DNA of 62,504 nt from a virus (Duplodnaviria > Caudoviricetes), in IMG/VR virus record IMGVR_UViG_3300032320_000789, positions 1-62,504 of that record, one strand, 5' to 3'. A model generated the notes under the pieces. The model worked only from the letters and a program-made list of their open reading frames with translations. It did no database searches and was not told the DNA's origin. The position numbers were made by a program, and so were the translations under genes. Numbering within the stretch: the stretch's first letter is position 1; each line of letters opens with the position of its first letter. Shown piece after piece: positions 19,952 through 30,780 of this stretch.

Positions 19952-20617
19952 ATGATTATTGGAATTTGTGGATTAATCGGGTCAGGAAAAGATACTATTG
20001 CTGACTACTTACAAAATATTCATCAATTTCGACGAGAATCATTTGCCCACACACTTAAAGATGCGGTCTCTAATATATTTGGATGGGATCGTGAATTATT
20101 AGAAGGTCGTACAAGAGAAAGTAGAGAATGGCGTGAACAAGTAGATCCGTGGTGGGCTGAGCGATTAGATATGCCTAATCTTACACCCCGCTATGTATTG
20201 CAGTACTGGGGCACAGAAGTAGCTAGAAAATCATTCCATGACGACATTTGGATTGCTAGTTTAGAAAATAAACTACGCAAGACACATGACGACGTTGTAA
20301 TCTCAGATTGTAGATTCCCCAACGAAATTCAAGCAATAAAACGTGCCGGTGGCATTGTAATTAGAGTCGTTCGCGGCCCGGAACCCGTGTGGTTTGAGCT
20401 GGCTCAAAGTGTAAATGCTGGCCCTTCTAATATCAATTGGAGTCTTGCTAAAACTGAGCTAGAAAAATACAAAATTCATGCTAGTGAAACTGCTTGGATT
20501 GGCACTAAATTTGATTATGTAGTAGATAATAATGCAGACGGCTTGGACAATTTATATGCCCAAGTTAAGCATCTGGTTCTAAATCTCCAGCCTTCCACGG
20601 AAGATCTGCTTTCTTAA
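19952..20617 (+). CDS. Deoxynucleoside monophosphate kinase (T4 gp1-like)
   Basis: IIGICGLIGSGKDT, TPRYVLQYWGTE, VISDCRFPNE. Confidence 0.9.
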   Translation: MIIGICGLIGSGKDTIADYLQNIHQFRRESFAHTLKDAVSNIFGWDRELLEGRTRESREWREQVDPWWAERLDMPNLTPRYVLQYWGTEVARKSFHDDIWIASLENKLRKTHDDVVISDCRFPNEIQAIKRAGGIVIRVVRGPEPVWFELAQSVNAGPSNINWSLAKTELEKYKIHASETAWIGTKFDYVVDNNADGLDNLYAQVKHLVLNLQPSTEDLLS

Positions 20618-20909
20618 CATCTATAACACAGTTTTGGCATATAGTTTTTAAATTTCGTACACCGTTGTTATTTAGATTTCCGTCTATGTGAAATACCAGT
20701 AGTTGAGCGGCCCACCTAGATCTGAAACCGCAACGATCACAAACTGTTTTCTTTTTGTAGCCCTTTAATTCCCACAGCGGTGTTTGGGGTTTTTCTTTTC
20801 TTTTCTTGCGAATACACATGGTACATCTAGAACGATAATAAATTTTATTGTTTTTATGATAGGCTATAGCCCTAGGGCGTTGATTGCAGGCAGAACAAAT
20901 GGGGCGCAT
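20565..20909 (-). CDS. Zn-binding HNH endonuclease-like protein
   Basis: CxxC pairs; HIDGNLNNN...NLKTICQNC; reverse CTAAATA at 20915-20921. Confidence 0.7.
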   Translation of the reverse strand: MRPICSACNQRPRAIAYHKNNKIYYRSRCTMCIRKKRKEKPQTPLWELKGYKKKTVCDRCGFRSRWAAQLLVFHIDGNLNNNGVRNLKTICQNCVIDVKKADLPWKAGDLEPDA

Positions 20910-20914
20910 ATGGG

Positions 20915-20982
20915 TATTTAGCTGGGCGGGCCTACTATATAGGCCGCGGTTATTGGAGTCTTTTTGATTAAAATGCTAAATA
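20915..20982. promoter_or_regulatory. Divergent pair of late-type promoters separated by a GC hairpin
   Basis: TATTTAG 20915-21 (minus), GGCCTA/TAGGCC 20929-20945, CTAAATA 20976-82 (plus). Confidence 0.5.
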
Positions 20983-21010
20983 TTAGTAATTAATAAAAAG
21001 GATTTTTGCT

Positions 21011-24000
21011 ATGGCAAACACATTAGTATCTCCAGGCGTACAAGTTACAGTAGTTGACGAAAGTCAATACTTACCAGCCGCTACAAATTCAGTACCACTT
21101 ATAGTTATAGCTACAGCTAGCAATAAACTATCAGCAGCAGGTACAGGAATTGCCCCAGGCACATTAAATGCCAATGCAGATCAATTATTTTTGGCGACAA
21201 GCCAAAGAGCGTTGCTTGCTCAGTATGGCAATCCATTCTTTTATACTACCACAAATGGTACTCCGATCAATGGTTACGAATTAAACGAATACGGGTTATT
21301 AGCCGCTTATTCAGCATTAGGTATTACTAATCAGTGCTATGTACTCCGTGCTAATATTGATTTAGCAGCGTTATCAGCTTCATTAACACGCCCAACAGGA
21401 AATCCTAACAATGGCACATATTGGTTAGATACTAATAACACACAATGGGGATTATTCCAATGGAATCAAACTACTGGGGCATTTACTAACCAACAGCCAC
21501 TAGTTATTATTAATTCCGAGTATTTAAATGTAAGCAGTAGTGTTCCATTACAAAGTTATGGTAGCATTGGGCAGTATGCCGTTGTAGCTACATATACAAG
21601 TAATCCAACTTATTTCAAAGCTGGCGGAGCAACAACAGGTCAAACTACTGATACAACTTTACTTGATAATTATAATACTTGGGTACAAGTTGGAAGTACA
21701 GAATGGCAATTAGCCTGGCCTACAGTCGAGGGTACTTTTACTCCTGTAAATTTAGTTGCAGGAAATTCATTTACTATCAATGGAACTTTAATCACAGTTC
21801 CAGCAAGTCCTAATAATACAGTAACAGGAGTGGTAAATGCTATAACAACTGCTGCTATTACTGGTGTTCATGCCGCTAATATTGGTGGATCATTATATCT
21901 TTATATCGACGCTACATCAAGAAGTAACGGTACAGTAGCAGACGGAAAGGTACTACTTGCTGTTAACGGTAGTGGAGGAACACCATTAACAACCTTGGGT
22001 ATAACTCCTGGAACATACTATGCTCCAGCATATCAAAATAGTCCAAGTTTCACAGTACCACAATGGAACACATTTAGTCCTAATCCAGCAGCCACTGGAT
22101 CTGTTTGGCAGAAATCTAACAGTACTAATCTTGGCACAGCATTGATAATGAAACAATTTAATTCTACATTAGGTGCTTATGTTATCAAATCTGTTCCAGT
22201 ATATACTAGTGATGCTACAGCAATTTATGGTTATGATCCAAGTACCGGCGGATTAGCTATCCCAGCTGGTTCTTTATACGCACAAAGTTACCCATTCAAC
22301 GATGGCAAAGCCGGTTATTTGATTCTAAGTCGTTATACAACAGGCCCTACCGTGGTTACAGGTACAACTACTTCACAGACTTTTGTAAATGGTAACCAGT
22401 TTACTATTGGCGCTACACAGCCAGGAACATCAACTGTTAGCTCTACTACAGTAACTATTAACGGTACATCAGCTACAGCATTTGTAGAAGCGGTAAGTAG
22501 TGCCAATATTCCTAATGTAAGTGCTAGCATAGCAAGTACTGGTGCGATTGTGATGACACATGCCGCAGGTGGCGATATCAATTTGACCAATGTCACTGGT
22601 ACTCCTCTTACAGCAGCTGGCTTTATCGCAGGTACTACTTTCCTAGTCCGTACTAATTATGTAAATGGCGCTGCTACAGGTGTTATTTTAAGTAATTGGG
22701 TTGGTAGTCCAACATTTACCTACACAGCCGATGACACTACACCTGGTGAAAATCCAACAAGTGGAACTTATTGGTATTACAGTGATCCTACACAAGTAGA
22801 CATTATGATTCAAAATAATGGTGTATGGATGGGTTATCAAAATTGTGACCTTGATAGTCGTGGCTATGATTTAACTTTAACAAATGCTACTGGTCCTATT
22901 ATTAGTGCTACAGCGCCTTTAACACAAACTGACGCAGCAAGTAGTCCATTAGTTTATGGTGATTTATGGGTCAATACTAGTGATTTAGAAAATTATCCTT
23001 TACTGTATCGTTGGCAAGCTGTTGACGGAGTTGATCAGTGGGTACAAATTGTAAACTCAGATCAAACACAGTCGAGTGGAATTATTTTTGCTGATGCTCG
23101 TTGGGCACCAAATGGCACCACAGATCCTGTTGCCGATGCTTTACCAACGATTGAAAGTTTATTGACAAGCAATTATCTAGACCAAGATGCTCCTAACGCA
23201 GAACTATATCCAACAGGTATATTGTTATGGAATACACGCCGTTCAGGCTTTAATGTTAAACAGTTTGAGTTAGATTATTTTAATAATCAAACTTTCCCAA
23301 CATACGAATGGACTTCTAGTACAGCATATACTATTGGTGAATATGTACAGGACAATGGCGCGGTATATGCTTGTATTTTAAATGGTGGCGTTGGAGTTGC
23401 TCCTACAGATCCTACAGGCGGAACATATTGGTCTCCACAAGATGTAACTAATACATGGGTAAGTGCTACTGGCAGTCGTCCAGATGGTAGTCCATATATG
23501 GGTCGTCAATCTCAGCGTCAACTTATTGTTGAAGCTTTAAGAGTTGCCATTGATACCAATACACAGATTCGTGAAGAGCAAAATGTTTACAATTTAATTG
23601 CAGTAACTGGCTATCCAGAATTGGCTCCTAACATGGAAGCATTAAACAACGAAATTAATAATGTAGCGTTTAGTGTTATTGATACACCATTGCGTTTAAC
23701 TCCAGAAAATGTGGCTAACTGGGCCAGTAACAATAACGGATTAGGATTGCCAACAGCAGATGGTAATTTAGCGGCCGGCGATCCATACGCAGCAACATTC
23801 TATCCAAGCTGTCGCACAACAGATCTTAGTGGTAATTTCTGTGTAACTTACCCAAGTCACATGATGATTCGTACTATTATCCGCAGTGACGAAGTCGCTT
23901 TCCCTTGGTTAGCACCAGCTGGCACACGCCGTGGATTGGTTGATAACGCACAACAATTAGGTTACCTTAACGGCATTACTGGTATATTTGAAACATTAAG

Positions 24001-24448
24001 TGTTGGACAATCATTGCGTGATGTATTATATCAAAATCAGATTAATCCAATTACATATATCCCAGGTGTAGGCATCACCAACTTTGGTAATAAGACTTTA
24101 CAAGCAACAGCAACAGCATTGGATCGTATTAATGTAGCTCGTTTAGTGTGTTTCATCCGTTCTAGACTGGAAGCAATTGGCAAGCAATATTTGTTTGAAC
24201 CAAACGATCAAATTACCCGTACAGAAATTGGCAATTCAGTCACAAGTTTAATGATTGACTTAGTAGCCAAACGCGGTATCTACGATTATTTGGTAGTGTG
24301 TGACAGTTCAAATAATACACCAACAACAATCGATCAGAATCAGTTATGGGTTGATATTGCCATTGAACCAGTAAAAGCTGTGGAATTTGTTTATATTCCA
24401 TTGCGTATTGAAAATACTGGAGCGATTGCGGCGCAGGCTGCTGCCTAA
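21011..24448 (+). CDS. Tail sheath protein (T4 gp18-like) with a large insertion
   Basis: LVSPGVQVTVVDES N-terminus; PWLAPAGTRRG, LYQNQINPI, LDRINVARL, FEPND, IEPVKAVEFVYI. Confidence 0.93.
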   Translation: MANTLVSPGVQVTVVDESQYLPAATNSVPLIVIATASNKLSAAGTGIAPGTLNANADQLFLATSQRALLAQYGNPFFYTTTNGTPINGYELNEYGLLAAYSALGITNQCYVLRANIDLAALSASLTRPTGNPNNGTYWLDTNNTQWGLFQWNQTTGAFTNQQPLVIINSEYLNVSSSVPLQSYGSIGQYAVVATYTSNPTYFKAGGATTGQTTDTTLLDNYNTWVQVGSTEWQLAWPTVEGTFTPVNLVAGNSFTINGTLITVPASPNNTVTGVVNAITTAAITGVHAANIGGSLYLYIDATSRSNGTVADGKVLLAVNGSGGTPLTTLGITPGTYYAPAYQNSPSFTVPQWNTFSPNPAATGSVWQKSNSTNLGTALIMKQFNSTLGAYVIKSVPVYTSDATAIYGYDPSTGGLAIPAGSLYAQSYPFNDGKAGYLILSRYTTGPTVVTGTTTSQTFVNGNQFTIGATQPGTSTVSSTTVTINGTSATAFVEAVSSANIPNVSASIASTGAIVMTHAAGGDINLTNVTGTPLTAAGFIAGTTFLVRTNYVNGAATGVILSNWVGSPTFTYTADDTTPGENPTSGTYWYYSDPTQVDIMIQNNGVWMGYQNCDLDSRGYDLTLTNATGPIISATAPLTQTDAASSPLVYGDLWVNTSDLENYPLLYRWQAVDGVDQWVQIVNSDQTQSSGIIFADARWAPNGTTDPVADALPTIESLLTSNYLDQDAPNAELYPTGILLWNTRRSGFNVKQFELDYFNNQTFPTYEWTSSTAYTIGEYVQDNGAVYACILNGGVGVAPTDPTGGTYWSPQDVTNTWVSATGSRPDGSPYMGRQSQRQLIVEALRVAIDTNTQIREEQNVYNLIAVTGYPELAPNMEALNNEINNVAFSVIDTPLRLTPENVANWASNNNGLGLPTADGNLAAGDPYAATFYPSCRTTDLSGNFCVTYPSHMMIRTIIRSDEVAFPWLAPAGTRRGLVDNAQQLGYLNGITGIFETLSVGQSLRDVLYQNQINPITYIPGVGITNFGNKTLQATATALDRINVARLVCFIRSRLEAIGKQYLFEPNDQITRTEIGNSVTSLMIDLVAKRGIYDYLVVCDSSNNTPTTIDQNQLWVDIAIEPVKAVEFVYIPLRIENTGAIAAQAAA

Positions 24449-24450
24449 AG

Positions 24451-24477
24451 AAAGTTGGGTAATTTTTACCCAACTTT
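24451..24477 (+). terminator. Perfect 12-bp hairpin between sheath and tube genes
   Basis: AAAGTTGGGTAA-TTT-TTACCCAACTTT, followed by CTAAATA at 24483. Confidence 0.55.
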
Positions 24478-24510
24478 ATTAACTAAATAAAGTATATCGG
24501 AGATTAACAA

Positions 24511-25170
24511 ATGGCAACATCCTCATTAACTAACATGACAGTCCCACTAGGGGCAGACGGACAAAGCGCATCAACACAAGGCTTATTAATGCCTAAGTTG
24601 TCTTATCGCTTTCGAGTTTTCTTTTCTAATTTTGGGGTAAGCACACCTACCACAGAGTTAACAAAACAAGTTATGAAATTCGACCGTCCGCATGTACAGT
24701 TCGAAGAAATTAAATTACCAATTTATAACAGTACTGTTAAACTTGCTGGCAAACATACTTGGAATGATATTACTTGTGATTTGCGTGACGATGCCCAGGG
24801 TAATGTAAGTAGATTAGTTGGTGAACAGTTACAGAAACAATTAGATTTCATGGAACAAAGTTCTGCGGCTGCCGGAATTGATTATAAATTTACAATTCAA
24901 TTCCAGATTCTCGATGGTGGTAACGGTAATAACGAACCTACAGTTTTAGAAGAATGGCAAATTCTTGGTGCGTATTTGAAAGATGTTAATTATAATTCCA
25001 TGGATTATAACACCTCGGAAGCTGTTAAAATCGGTCTAACAATTACATTTGACAATGCAATACAAGTCAATGAAGCTGGCACACCAACAGGCGTAGGTCA
25101 GGCTATAGCTTACGCAGGCGGCCAAACCTTAGGTCAAGCCACTGGCGTAGCTACAGTACCTAACGTTTAA
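24511..25170 (+). CDS. Tail tube protein (T4 gp19-like)
   Basis: Follows sheath; PKLSYRFRV, LAGKHTW, YKF..., LTITFDNA. Confidence 0.85.
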   Translation: MATSSLTNMTVPLGADGQSASTQGLLMPKLSYRFRVFFSNFGVSTPTTELTKQVMKFDRPHVQFEEIKLPIYNSTVKLAGKHTWNDITCDLRDDAQGNVSRLVGEQLQKQLDFMEQSSAAAGIDYKFTIQFQILDGGNGNNEPTVLEEWQILGAYLKDVNYNSMDYNTSEAVKIGLTITFDNAIQVNEAGTPTGVGQAIAYAGGQTLGQATGVATVPNV

Positions 25171-25175
25171 TTAAT

Positions 25176-26354
25176 ATGGGCACCGGCTTCTTCGGCCAGG
25201 GCGGCGATCTATTACAAGCATTTGGGCAGGGATTTTTTTCTACTCCTGACCTAAAAGATTACGAACACGCTGCCAAAACTTTTGAGACAAATGGTTATCA
25301 ACTAAGTCCCCGTCTTAAGTTTTTATATCATGTTTTCTTTAATATTAATACTGGACAAATTCCACAGCTACAAGCAGCATATGGGTCAGGAACAGTAGAA
25401 ACAATTGGCATGATGGTTAAAAGTATTGACCTGCCTAAGTATAAAATTGATACCACAGTAATGAATCAGTATAACCGTAAAAGAGTTATACAAAGTAAAA
25501 TTCGTTACGAGCCAAGTCGCATTGAATTACACGACGACCAATCCGACTTAATTCGTAATATGTGGTATAACTACTATACCTATTACTATAAGGATCCCAG
25601 TCAGAAGTATCAAAGTGTACCTAATACTTCTGGTACATTGGGTATGTTACAATCAATGAGCAATGGTTTTAATTACAATGCGAATGACATTTATAGTCAA
25701 ACATTACAAAGTGCTGACTGGGGTTTCATAGGTGAAAGTTATTCTGATGGTACTAATACTGGCACTAACAGTTCAGGAAAACCTCCTTTCTTCCGTGATA
25801 TAACTATCTACGGGTTCAGTCAGAAAAAATATGCCTCATATGTATTAATTAATCCTATTATTAGTCAATGGAACAGCGATCGTTATGATTATTCAGAAGG
25901 TGGCGGCACAATGAAAAATGATGTTACTATAGAATATGAAACTGTAAAATATTATTCAGGTGCTATTGGTAGTCAAAAACCATCGAGTAAAGTTGCTGGA
26001 TTTGCTGACCCGGCTCACTATGATATTGTACCTTCGGGTATTAGTCGTCCTGGTAGCACACAATCTGTGTTCGGCCAAGGTGGATTGTTAGATGCTATCG
26101 GCGGCACAGTTCAAGATTTAGAAGCTCTTGCTAGCGGCCAAGGCGGCTTACAAAATGTCATCGGGGCAGTACAGGCCGCTAACGGAGCTTATAAAATATT
26201 AAATAATAAAAATTTCAATCAAGGTTTACAAGCAGAGTTGAAAAAAGGCGGAGTACAAGTAGCGCGACAACTAACAGGGGCAGGAATAAATGCTGTTAAC
26301 GGAAAAGTGTTTCCAAGAGCTCCTTCGGTTCCAGCAAATACTCCTATTAGATAA
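25176..26354 (+). CDS. Tail-tube-like/baseplate tube-initiator protein
   Basis: VKSIDLPKY, NQYNRKR, I.YEP..I.LHDD, LINPII, VTIEYE (tube fold). Confidence 0.6.
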   Translation: MGTGFFGQGGDLLQAFGQGFFSTPDLKDYEHAAKTFETNGYQLSPRLKFLYHVFFNINTGQIPQLQAAYGSGTVETIGMMVKSIDLPKYKIDTTVMNQYNRKRVIQSKIRYEPSRIELHDDQSDLIRNMWYNYYTYYYKDPSQKYQSVPNTSGTLGMLQSMSNGFNYNANDIYSQTLQSADWGFIGESYSDGTNTGTNSSGKPPFFRDITIYGFSQKKYASYVLINPIISQWNSDRYDYSEGGGTMKNDVTIEYETVKYYSGAIGSQKPSSKVAGFADPAHYDIVPSGISRPGSTQSVFGQGGLLDAIGGTVQDLEALASGQGGLQNVIGAVQAANGAYKILNNKNFNQGLQAELKKGGVQVARQLTGAGINAVNGKVFPRAPSVPANTPIR

Positions 26355-26360
26355 TAAATT

Positions 26361-26720
26361 ATGGCTAACATCAATAATTTTAATCCTAATACTGACTTAA
26401 CTGTGCAGATCTTTGATAATTTTTATGATTATCAGCAATCAGTATCGGCCCCCGAGTATGATGCTGTACATAGTTATCTTTTAAATGTTTTTAAAAATGA
26501 ATCTCAAGCTGGAAATTTTACAGTAACAATGTTTCGTATGGCAGATGCTTCTGGGATTCCAGTTACAGAATTATTGCAAAGTCTCCAAGGATTAGCCAAA
26601 CCACAGATTACTTTAACATTTGCTTATTATCTAAATACATTACAAAGTGCTAGTACTATGTTAGGTATTCAACAGCCAGTGATTCCTAATTACTATGTTG
26701 CTCACAATATCAAGCAGTAA
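26361..26720 (+). CDS. Hypothetical virion-associated protein
   Basis: 119-aa ORF in the structural operon. Confidence 0.6.
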   Translation: MANINNFNPNTDLTVQIFDNFYDYQQSVSAPEYDAVHSYLLNVFKNESQAGNFTVTMFRMADASGIPVTELLQSLQGLAKPQITLTFAYYLNTLQSASTMLGIQQPVIPNYYVAHNIKQ

Positions 26721-26725
26721 ACACC

Positions 26726-27157
26726 ATGGCTAACTTTCGCCAAGGCTTCTACGAAGTAAAAAATTCTGAAAAATATGTAGGTAATGGAAAACCTAAGTTT
26801 CGCTCTGGCTGGGAAATGACATTTATGATGTTTCTAGACTCTAATGATAATGTAATAAATTGGGCTAGTGAGCCCGTAAGGATCCCTTATCGCAATCCTT
26901 TAACTGGCAAAATGACTATGTATGTTCCAGATTTTATTGTAACTTACCGTGGTCCAAAAGAAACTGTAAGAGCCGAATTGATTGAAATTAAACCTAAAAA
27001 ACAAAGTTTAATAGAAAACAAAATGAAGGATCGAGACAGAGCTGTGGTAGCTGTTAACTATGCCAAATGGCATGCTGCTACACTATGGGCTAAACAAAAT
27101 GGGCTAATGTTTAGAGTTATCACAGAAGAAGATATTTTTAGACAGGGCAAGAAGTAA
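26726..27157 (+). CDS. Head completion nuclease (T4 gp4-like, TnsA-like)
   Basis: KYVG, RSGWE, WASE, YVPDF, LIEIKPKKQ, NYAKW, FRVITE. Confidence 0.9.
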   Translation: MANFRQGFYEVKNSEKYVGNGKPKFRSGWEMTFMMFLDSNDNVINWASEPVRIPYRNPLTGKMTMYVPDFIVTYRGPKETVRAELIEIKPKKQSLIENKMKDRDRAVVAVNYAKWHAATLWAKQNGLMFRVITEEDIFRQGKK

Positions 27158-27189
27158 TTTACCCCTCCCAAAATACTGTAAATAACAGT

Positions 27190-27690
27190 ATGACTAAAAA
27201 ATTAGAAACGCTCTTTGGTTTTGATCAACTTGAAGACACACAGGATATTCCTGTTGTCGAAAATATGACACAAGAAGAAACTCGCCATGCTATTGCGGAA
27301 ATAGATCAAACAATAGATAAAATTGATCAAGCCTTGCCTGCTATTCGTGACTTGGCTGCATCTGACAAAGAACTAGACGAAATAGCTGATTTAGCCAAAC
27401 AAAGTTATCAAGATTTATCAGATTTAGGTATGAATGTAGATAGTAGATTTTCGGCAGAATTGTTTGCTGTAGCTGGCAATATGCTGGGACATGCCTTAAC
27501 TGCCAAGACTACTAAACTGAATAAAAAATTAAAAATGATTGACTTACAACTTAAAAAGTTAAAGTTAGATCAGGATGCTGCTAAAAAAGCTGGGGATTTA
27601 AACAGTATTCCAACCGCGGAAGGACAGGTACTAACTCGTAATGATCTCTTAGAACGCTTACTTAGCGATAGAGCACAAAAAGACAATTAG
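27190..27690 (+). CDS. Putative terminase small subunit
   Basis: Helical protein ending in TRNDLLERL, near gp4 and TerL; family call is inferred. Confidence 0.45.
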   Translation: MTKKLETLFGFDQLEDTQDIPVVENMTQEETRHAIAEIDQTIDKIDQALPAIRDLAASDKELDEIADLAKQSYQDLSDLGMNVDSRFSAELFAVAGNMLGHALTAKTTKLNKKLKMIDLQLKKLKLDQDAAKKAGDLNSIPTAEGQVLTRNDLLERLLSDRAQKDN

Positions 27691-27698
27691 TATAAATA
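27691..27698 (+). promoter_or_regulatory. Canonical T4 late promoter TATAAATA
   Basis: Exact T4 consensus 17 nt upstream of ATG 27716. Confidence 0.65.
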
Positions 27699-27715
27699 TA
27701 ATATAGGAAACAATC

Positions 27716-28333
27716 ATGAAAAATTTTAAAGATTACTTAGCAGAAAGTGAAAGAACTTACAACTATCGTATTAAAATAGTTGGTGATTTGCCCCAAGGAT
27801 TTTATGATTCCCTTAAGGGCAAATTAGATCAGTTTGATCCATTAAAAATTGGCGCTGCGAAAAGCACTCCCATTCAGGCCAAGCCAGCTGATTTTCCAGC
27901 CTTTGAAAACGAAAAAGTTACTAGTGTAGATGTTGAATTACGCTATCCGGCTATCGAACCGCAGATTAAACAAATTGCTCGTTTACTTGGATTAGATGAA
28001 AATAAAATTATCATTCAAACATCCGTTTACGGCGATGATGAAGCCGATTATAAATCAAAACTTGAAGCACAAGCAGATCCAGTTTTAACAGCACCATATC
28101 CAGCAGATGATGCTAAACAAAAAGAATTAATTAAAGATTATTCAGCTGATCCATATGACCATGCTGTATTAAAAAATTCTTATCGTAGTAACTTTACTAT
28201 TGCTGGCGGTAGCCCAAAGCCTGCTGAAACAACAAACGATTTGCCAATGGGCGATGATAGCCCAATGACACACGCAGAGAAGCGTCCGCGCAAGCCAGCA
28301 ACTGGCGCACAACCATCAGGAAATTACAAATGA
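27716..28333 (+). CDS. Putative internal head protein
   Basis: N-terminus MKNFKDYLAE resembles a T4 capsid-targeting/cleavage leader. Confidence 0.6.
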   Translation: MKNFKDYLAESERTYNYRIKIVGDLPQGFYDSLKGKLDQFDPLKIGAAKSTPIQAKPADFPAFENEKVTSVDVELRYPAIEPQIKQIARLLGLDENKIIIQTSVYGDDEADYKSKLEAQADPVLTAPYPADDAKQKELIKDYSADPYDHAVLKNSYRSNFTIAGGSPKPAETTNDLPMGDDSPMTHAEKRPRKPATGAQPSGNYK

Positions 28334-30768
28334 GCTTTTTTTACGACCTTAACAAAAAATTAAACGGCATAGGTGCCGAAGAAAAAAAATTAGTAGAGAG
28401 TAAACAAGCTCCACAAACTCCTGCTCGTCAAACATTAGAACAAGCATTACGCTCTGATTTAAAGACCTTAATGGAAGATGGTACAGGCGGAATAAATTTT
28501 AGTGGCTCAGGTAGCTTGGAAGAAAAAGTTGGTTACTCTGCTAAAAAGGCCGCCGCAGGTAAAGACATTGGTAAGCCTGGAAAAAATTTTGCTAAGATTG
28601 AAAAGTCCGCGGGCGGTGGTGAAAAAGGCAAGCGTATTGCTGGAGCAGTATTAAATAAATTGCGTCACGCTAATGAAGAAATCGCCGACGAAGGCAATGA
28701 ATTTTCTGGCGCACTAGCCAATGCCAAAAAAGATCACAAAACTGAATTCACCGTGGGTGGCAAAACATTTCCAGTACAAGAAAACGGCATGGAAGAAAGC
28801 GCATTGCAAGCCTATTTAGGAAACAAAAAGTATGGCAAACAAGGCATGGATGCTTTACGAAAAGCAGGCCGTGAACATGCTAGCAAAGAAAAAATGGATA
28901 AAATCCGTAATCAATATGACAAGATGGATGAAGCCGAAATGGAATGTGATACTCCTACACCATCAAAAGGTATTCCTGGAAATGTCCCACTTAAAGATAA
29001 AATGAAGCGTCTTAACAAAGGTCGCGATTATTATGAAGCTGACGAAAACGAAGAGGATATTATGGATTATCTAAATCGCAAACTAGCTCCATTTGACAAA
29101 AAACAAGCTAAAGAAGACGCTGTATCTAAACCCTATAACGGCTCTGCCGGTGATGCCGACGCATACAATGGTATGGAGTTTGAAGGCAATGCTTTCACTG
29201 GTAAACTTAAATCAACACCCAAAGGTGAAAAATTTAGTGTAGGCGGCAAAGAGTATACAGACACAAGTGAACTAGACGAAACAATGACTCGCCAACATTT
29301 TCAACATACAGCAGACTTGTTAAAGCACATTGAAGATCCGGCCAAGCGTATGGAACTTGCTAAACATCACGCTGGTATTTTTAAAGCATCTAATCCACGA
29401 TTTGATCATGGAAAATTTATGAAGGCGTGCAATTGTGACGAAGGTTTAGTTGGAGCTGCTTTAGGCGGCGCGGCTGGCGCATTAGTAGGCGGCCCAGTTG
29501 GGGCAGTTCGCGGGGCAATCGCTGGCAATACAATTGGCAACGCAATTAGTTCTAATCAATCCGAAACAGAAGTTGAAGAAGGTTGGGATGACATGGATAA
29601 ATGGTTAGCCCAGCGCGAAAAAGAAAAAGGAACTGGCAAATTTGATAAGCGTCAAGTAAGCACAGGTACTGTATATACACGCAGATTTGATGACGAGCCA
29701 GAAGATGACGATGCAGATGCTCCAGCAAGTAAAGGTGGCAAGCCAGTAGTTAAGCGTGGTCGTGGCCGGCCAGCAGGTACTAAAGGTGCTACTGGTGCTC
29801 GTGGTCCTACAGGTAAAAGTAAATTAATGGCTAAAGATGCTATGCGTGAAGAAGATGTTGCTGAAGTTTGCGACCATTGCGGCCAGCCAATTCAAGAAAA
29901 AGCAGTTAGCAAAAAGCAACAAAAATTTATGGGAATGGTTCACGCAGCACAAAAAGGCGAAAAACCAGCTAGCAAAGAAGTTGCTAAAGTTGCTAAAGGT
30001 ATGAAGAAAAAAGATGCTGAAGATTTTGCTAGCACCAAGCACAAAGGTTTACCAGAAAAAGTTAAAGCTAAAACAACTGAAGAAGGTAAAGGCGATGGCA
30101 ATTTAGCTAATAATGCTAAACCATACGACAAAGTTACCCGCGGTGACGTTATTGCTGGCCGTTTAGGTAAAGACGAAGAAGGTGGTAAAAAGAAATTCAA
30201 GAAAGAAGAAAAAGTTGACGAAACAACAACTTCTGGTTCTGTAGCTACTGCTTCTGAAGCTCCTAAATCTAGTAAAGGCGGTATGAAATTTGGTGGCGGA
30301 ATTTATGATTCATGGAATCGCGACATTGAAAATATGATTAGCGAAAATGTTAATGTTAATACAACAGCAACAAAAAACGATGACGGCGGCCAAGATCACG
30401 AAAGTATTACAATTACTGTAGATGGCGATGATGTTAGTCGTTTTAAACAGTTGTTACATTCAATGGGTGTCACACAAAGCCCTAGTACTAGCAGCGAAGA
30501 AGCGCCATGCGGTTCATGTGGTGGCGTTCCTTGCCAATGTGACGAATTAGCCGAAGCCGACGCTCCAGTTTCGCAAAATGATCCAGACTATCCTACAAAT
30601 CAAGAAGAAAGCGATGACGCATTGCAATATAGCGGTGGCTTAGATGGTCCTAAGTCGACCGGACAAACCACTGTTCCAGTAGTAGCTTCGCAAGAAGAGC
30701 GTTTACACACTATGGAAGAGTCAGTTGATTCTTTCTTGAATCTATATAAAGCATTTAAAACAAAATAA
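28330..30768 (+). CDS. Large low-complexity modular putative head protein
   Basis: Charged modules separated by xxE motifs; includes EKAVSKKQQKFMGMVHA...FASTKHKGLPEKV (DUF3008-like). Confidence 0.65.
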   Translation: MSFFYDLNKKLNGIGAEEKKLVESKQAPQTPARQTLEQALRSDLKTLMEDGTGGINFSGSGSLEEKVGYSAKKAAAGKDIGKPGKNFAKIEKSAGGGEKGKRIAGAVLNKLRHANEEIADEGNEFSGALANAKKDHKTEFTVGGKTFPVQENGMEESALQAYLGNKKYGKQGMDALRKAGREHASKEKMDKIRNQYDKMDEAEMECDTPTPSKGIPGNVPLKDKMKRLNKGRDYYEADENEEDIMDYLNRKLAPFDKKQAKEDAVSKPYNGSAGDADAYNGMEFEGNAFTGKLKSTPKGEKFSVGGKEYTDTSELDETMTRQHFQHTADLLKHIEDPAKRMELAKHHAGIFKASNPRFDHGKFMKACNCDEGLVGAALGGAAGALVGGPVGAVRGAIAGNTIGNAISSNQSETEVEEGWDDMDKWLAQREKEKGTGKFDKRQVSTGTVYTRRFDDEPEDDDADAPASKGGKPVVKRGRGRPAGTKGATGARGPTGKSKLMAKDAMREEDVAEVCDHCGQPIQEKAVSKKQQKFMGMVHAAQKGEKPASKEVAKVAKGMKKKDAEDFASTKHKGLPEKVKAKTTEEGKGDGNLANNAKPYDKVTRGDVIAGRLGKDEEGGKKKFKKEEKVDETTTSGSVATASEAPKSSKGGMKFGGGIYDSWNRDIENMISENVNVNTTATKNDDGGQDHESITITVDGDDVSRFKQLLHSMGVTQSPSTSSEEAPCGSCGGVPCQCDELAEADAPVSQNDPDYPTNQEESDDALQYSGGLDGPKSTGQTTVPVVASQEERLHTMEESVDSFLNLYKAFKTK

Positions 30769-30780
30769 GGATTAAAGTAA

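Noticed and set aside
26726-27157. TnsA-like transposase
   Set aside because: Motifs and context match T4 gp4 head completion nuclease; no transposon ends or partner genes
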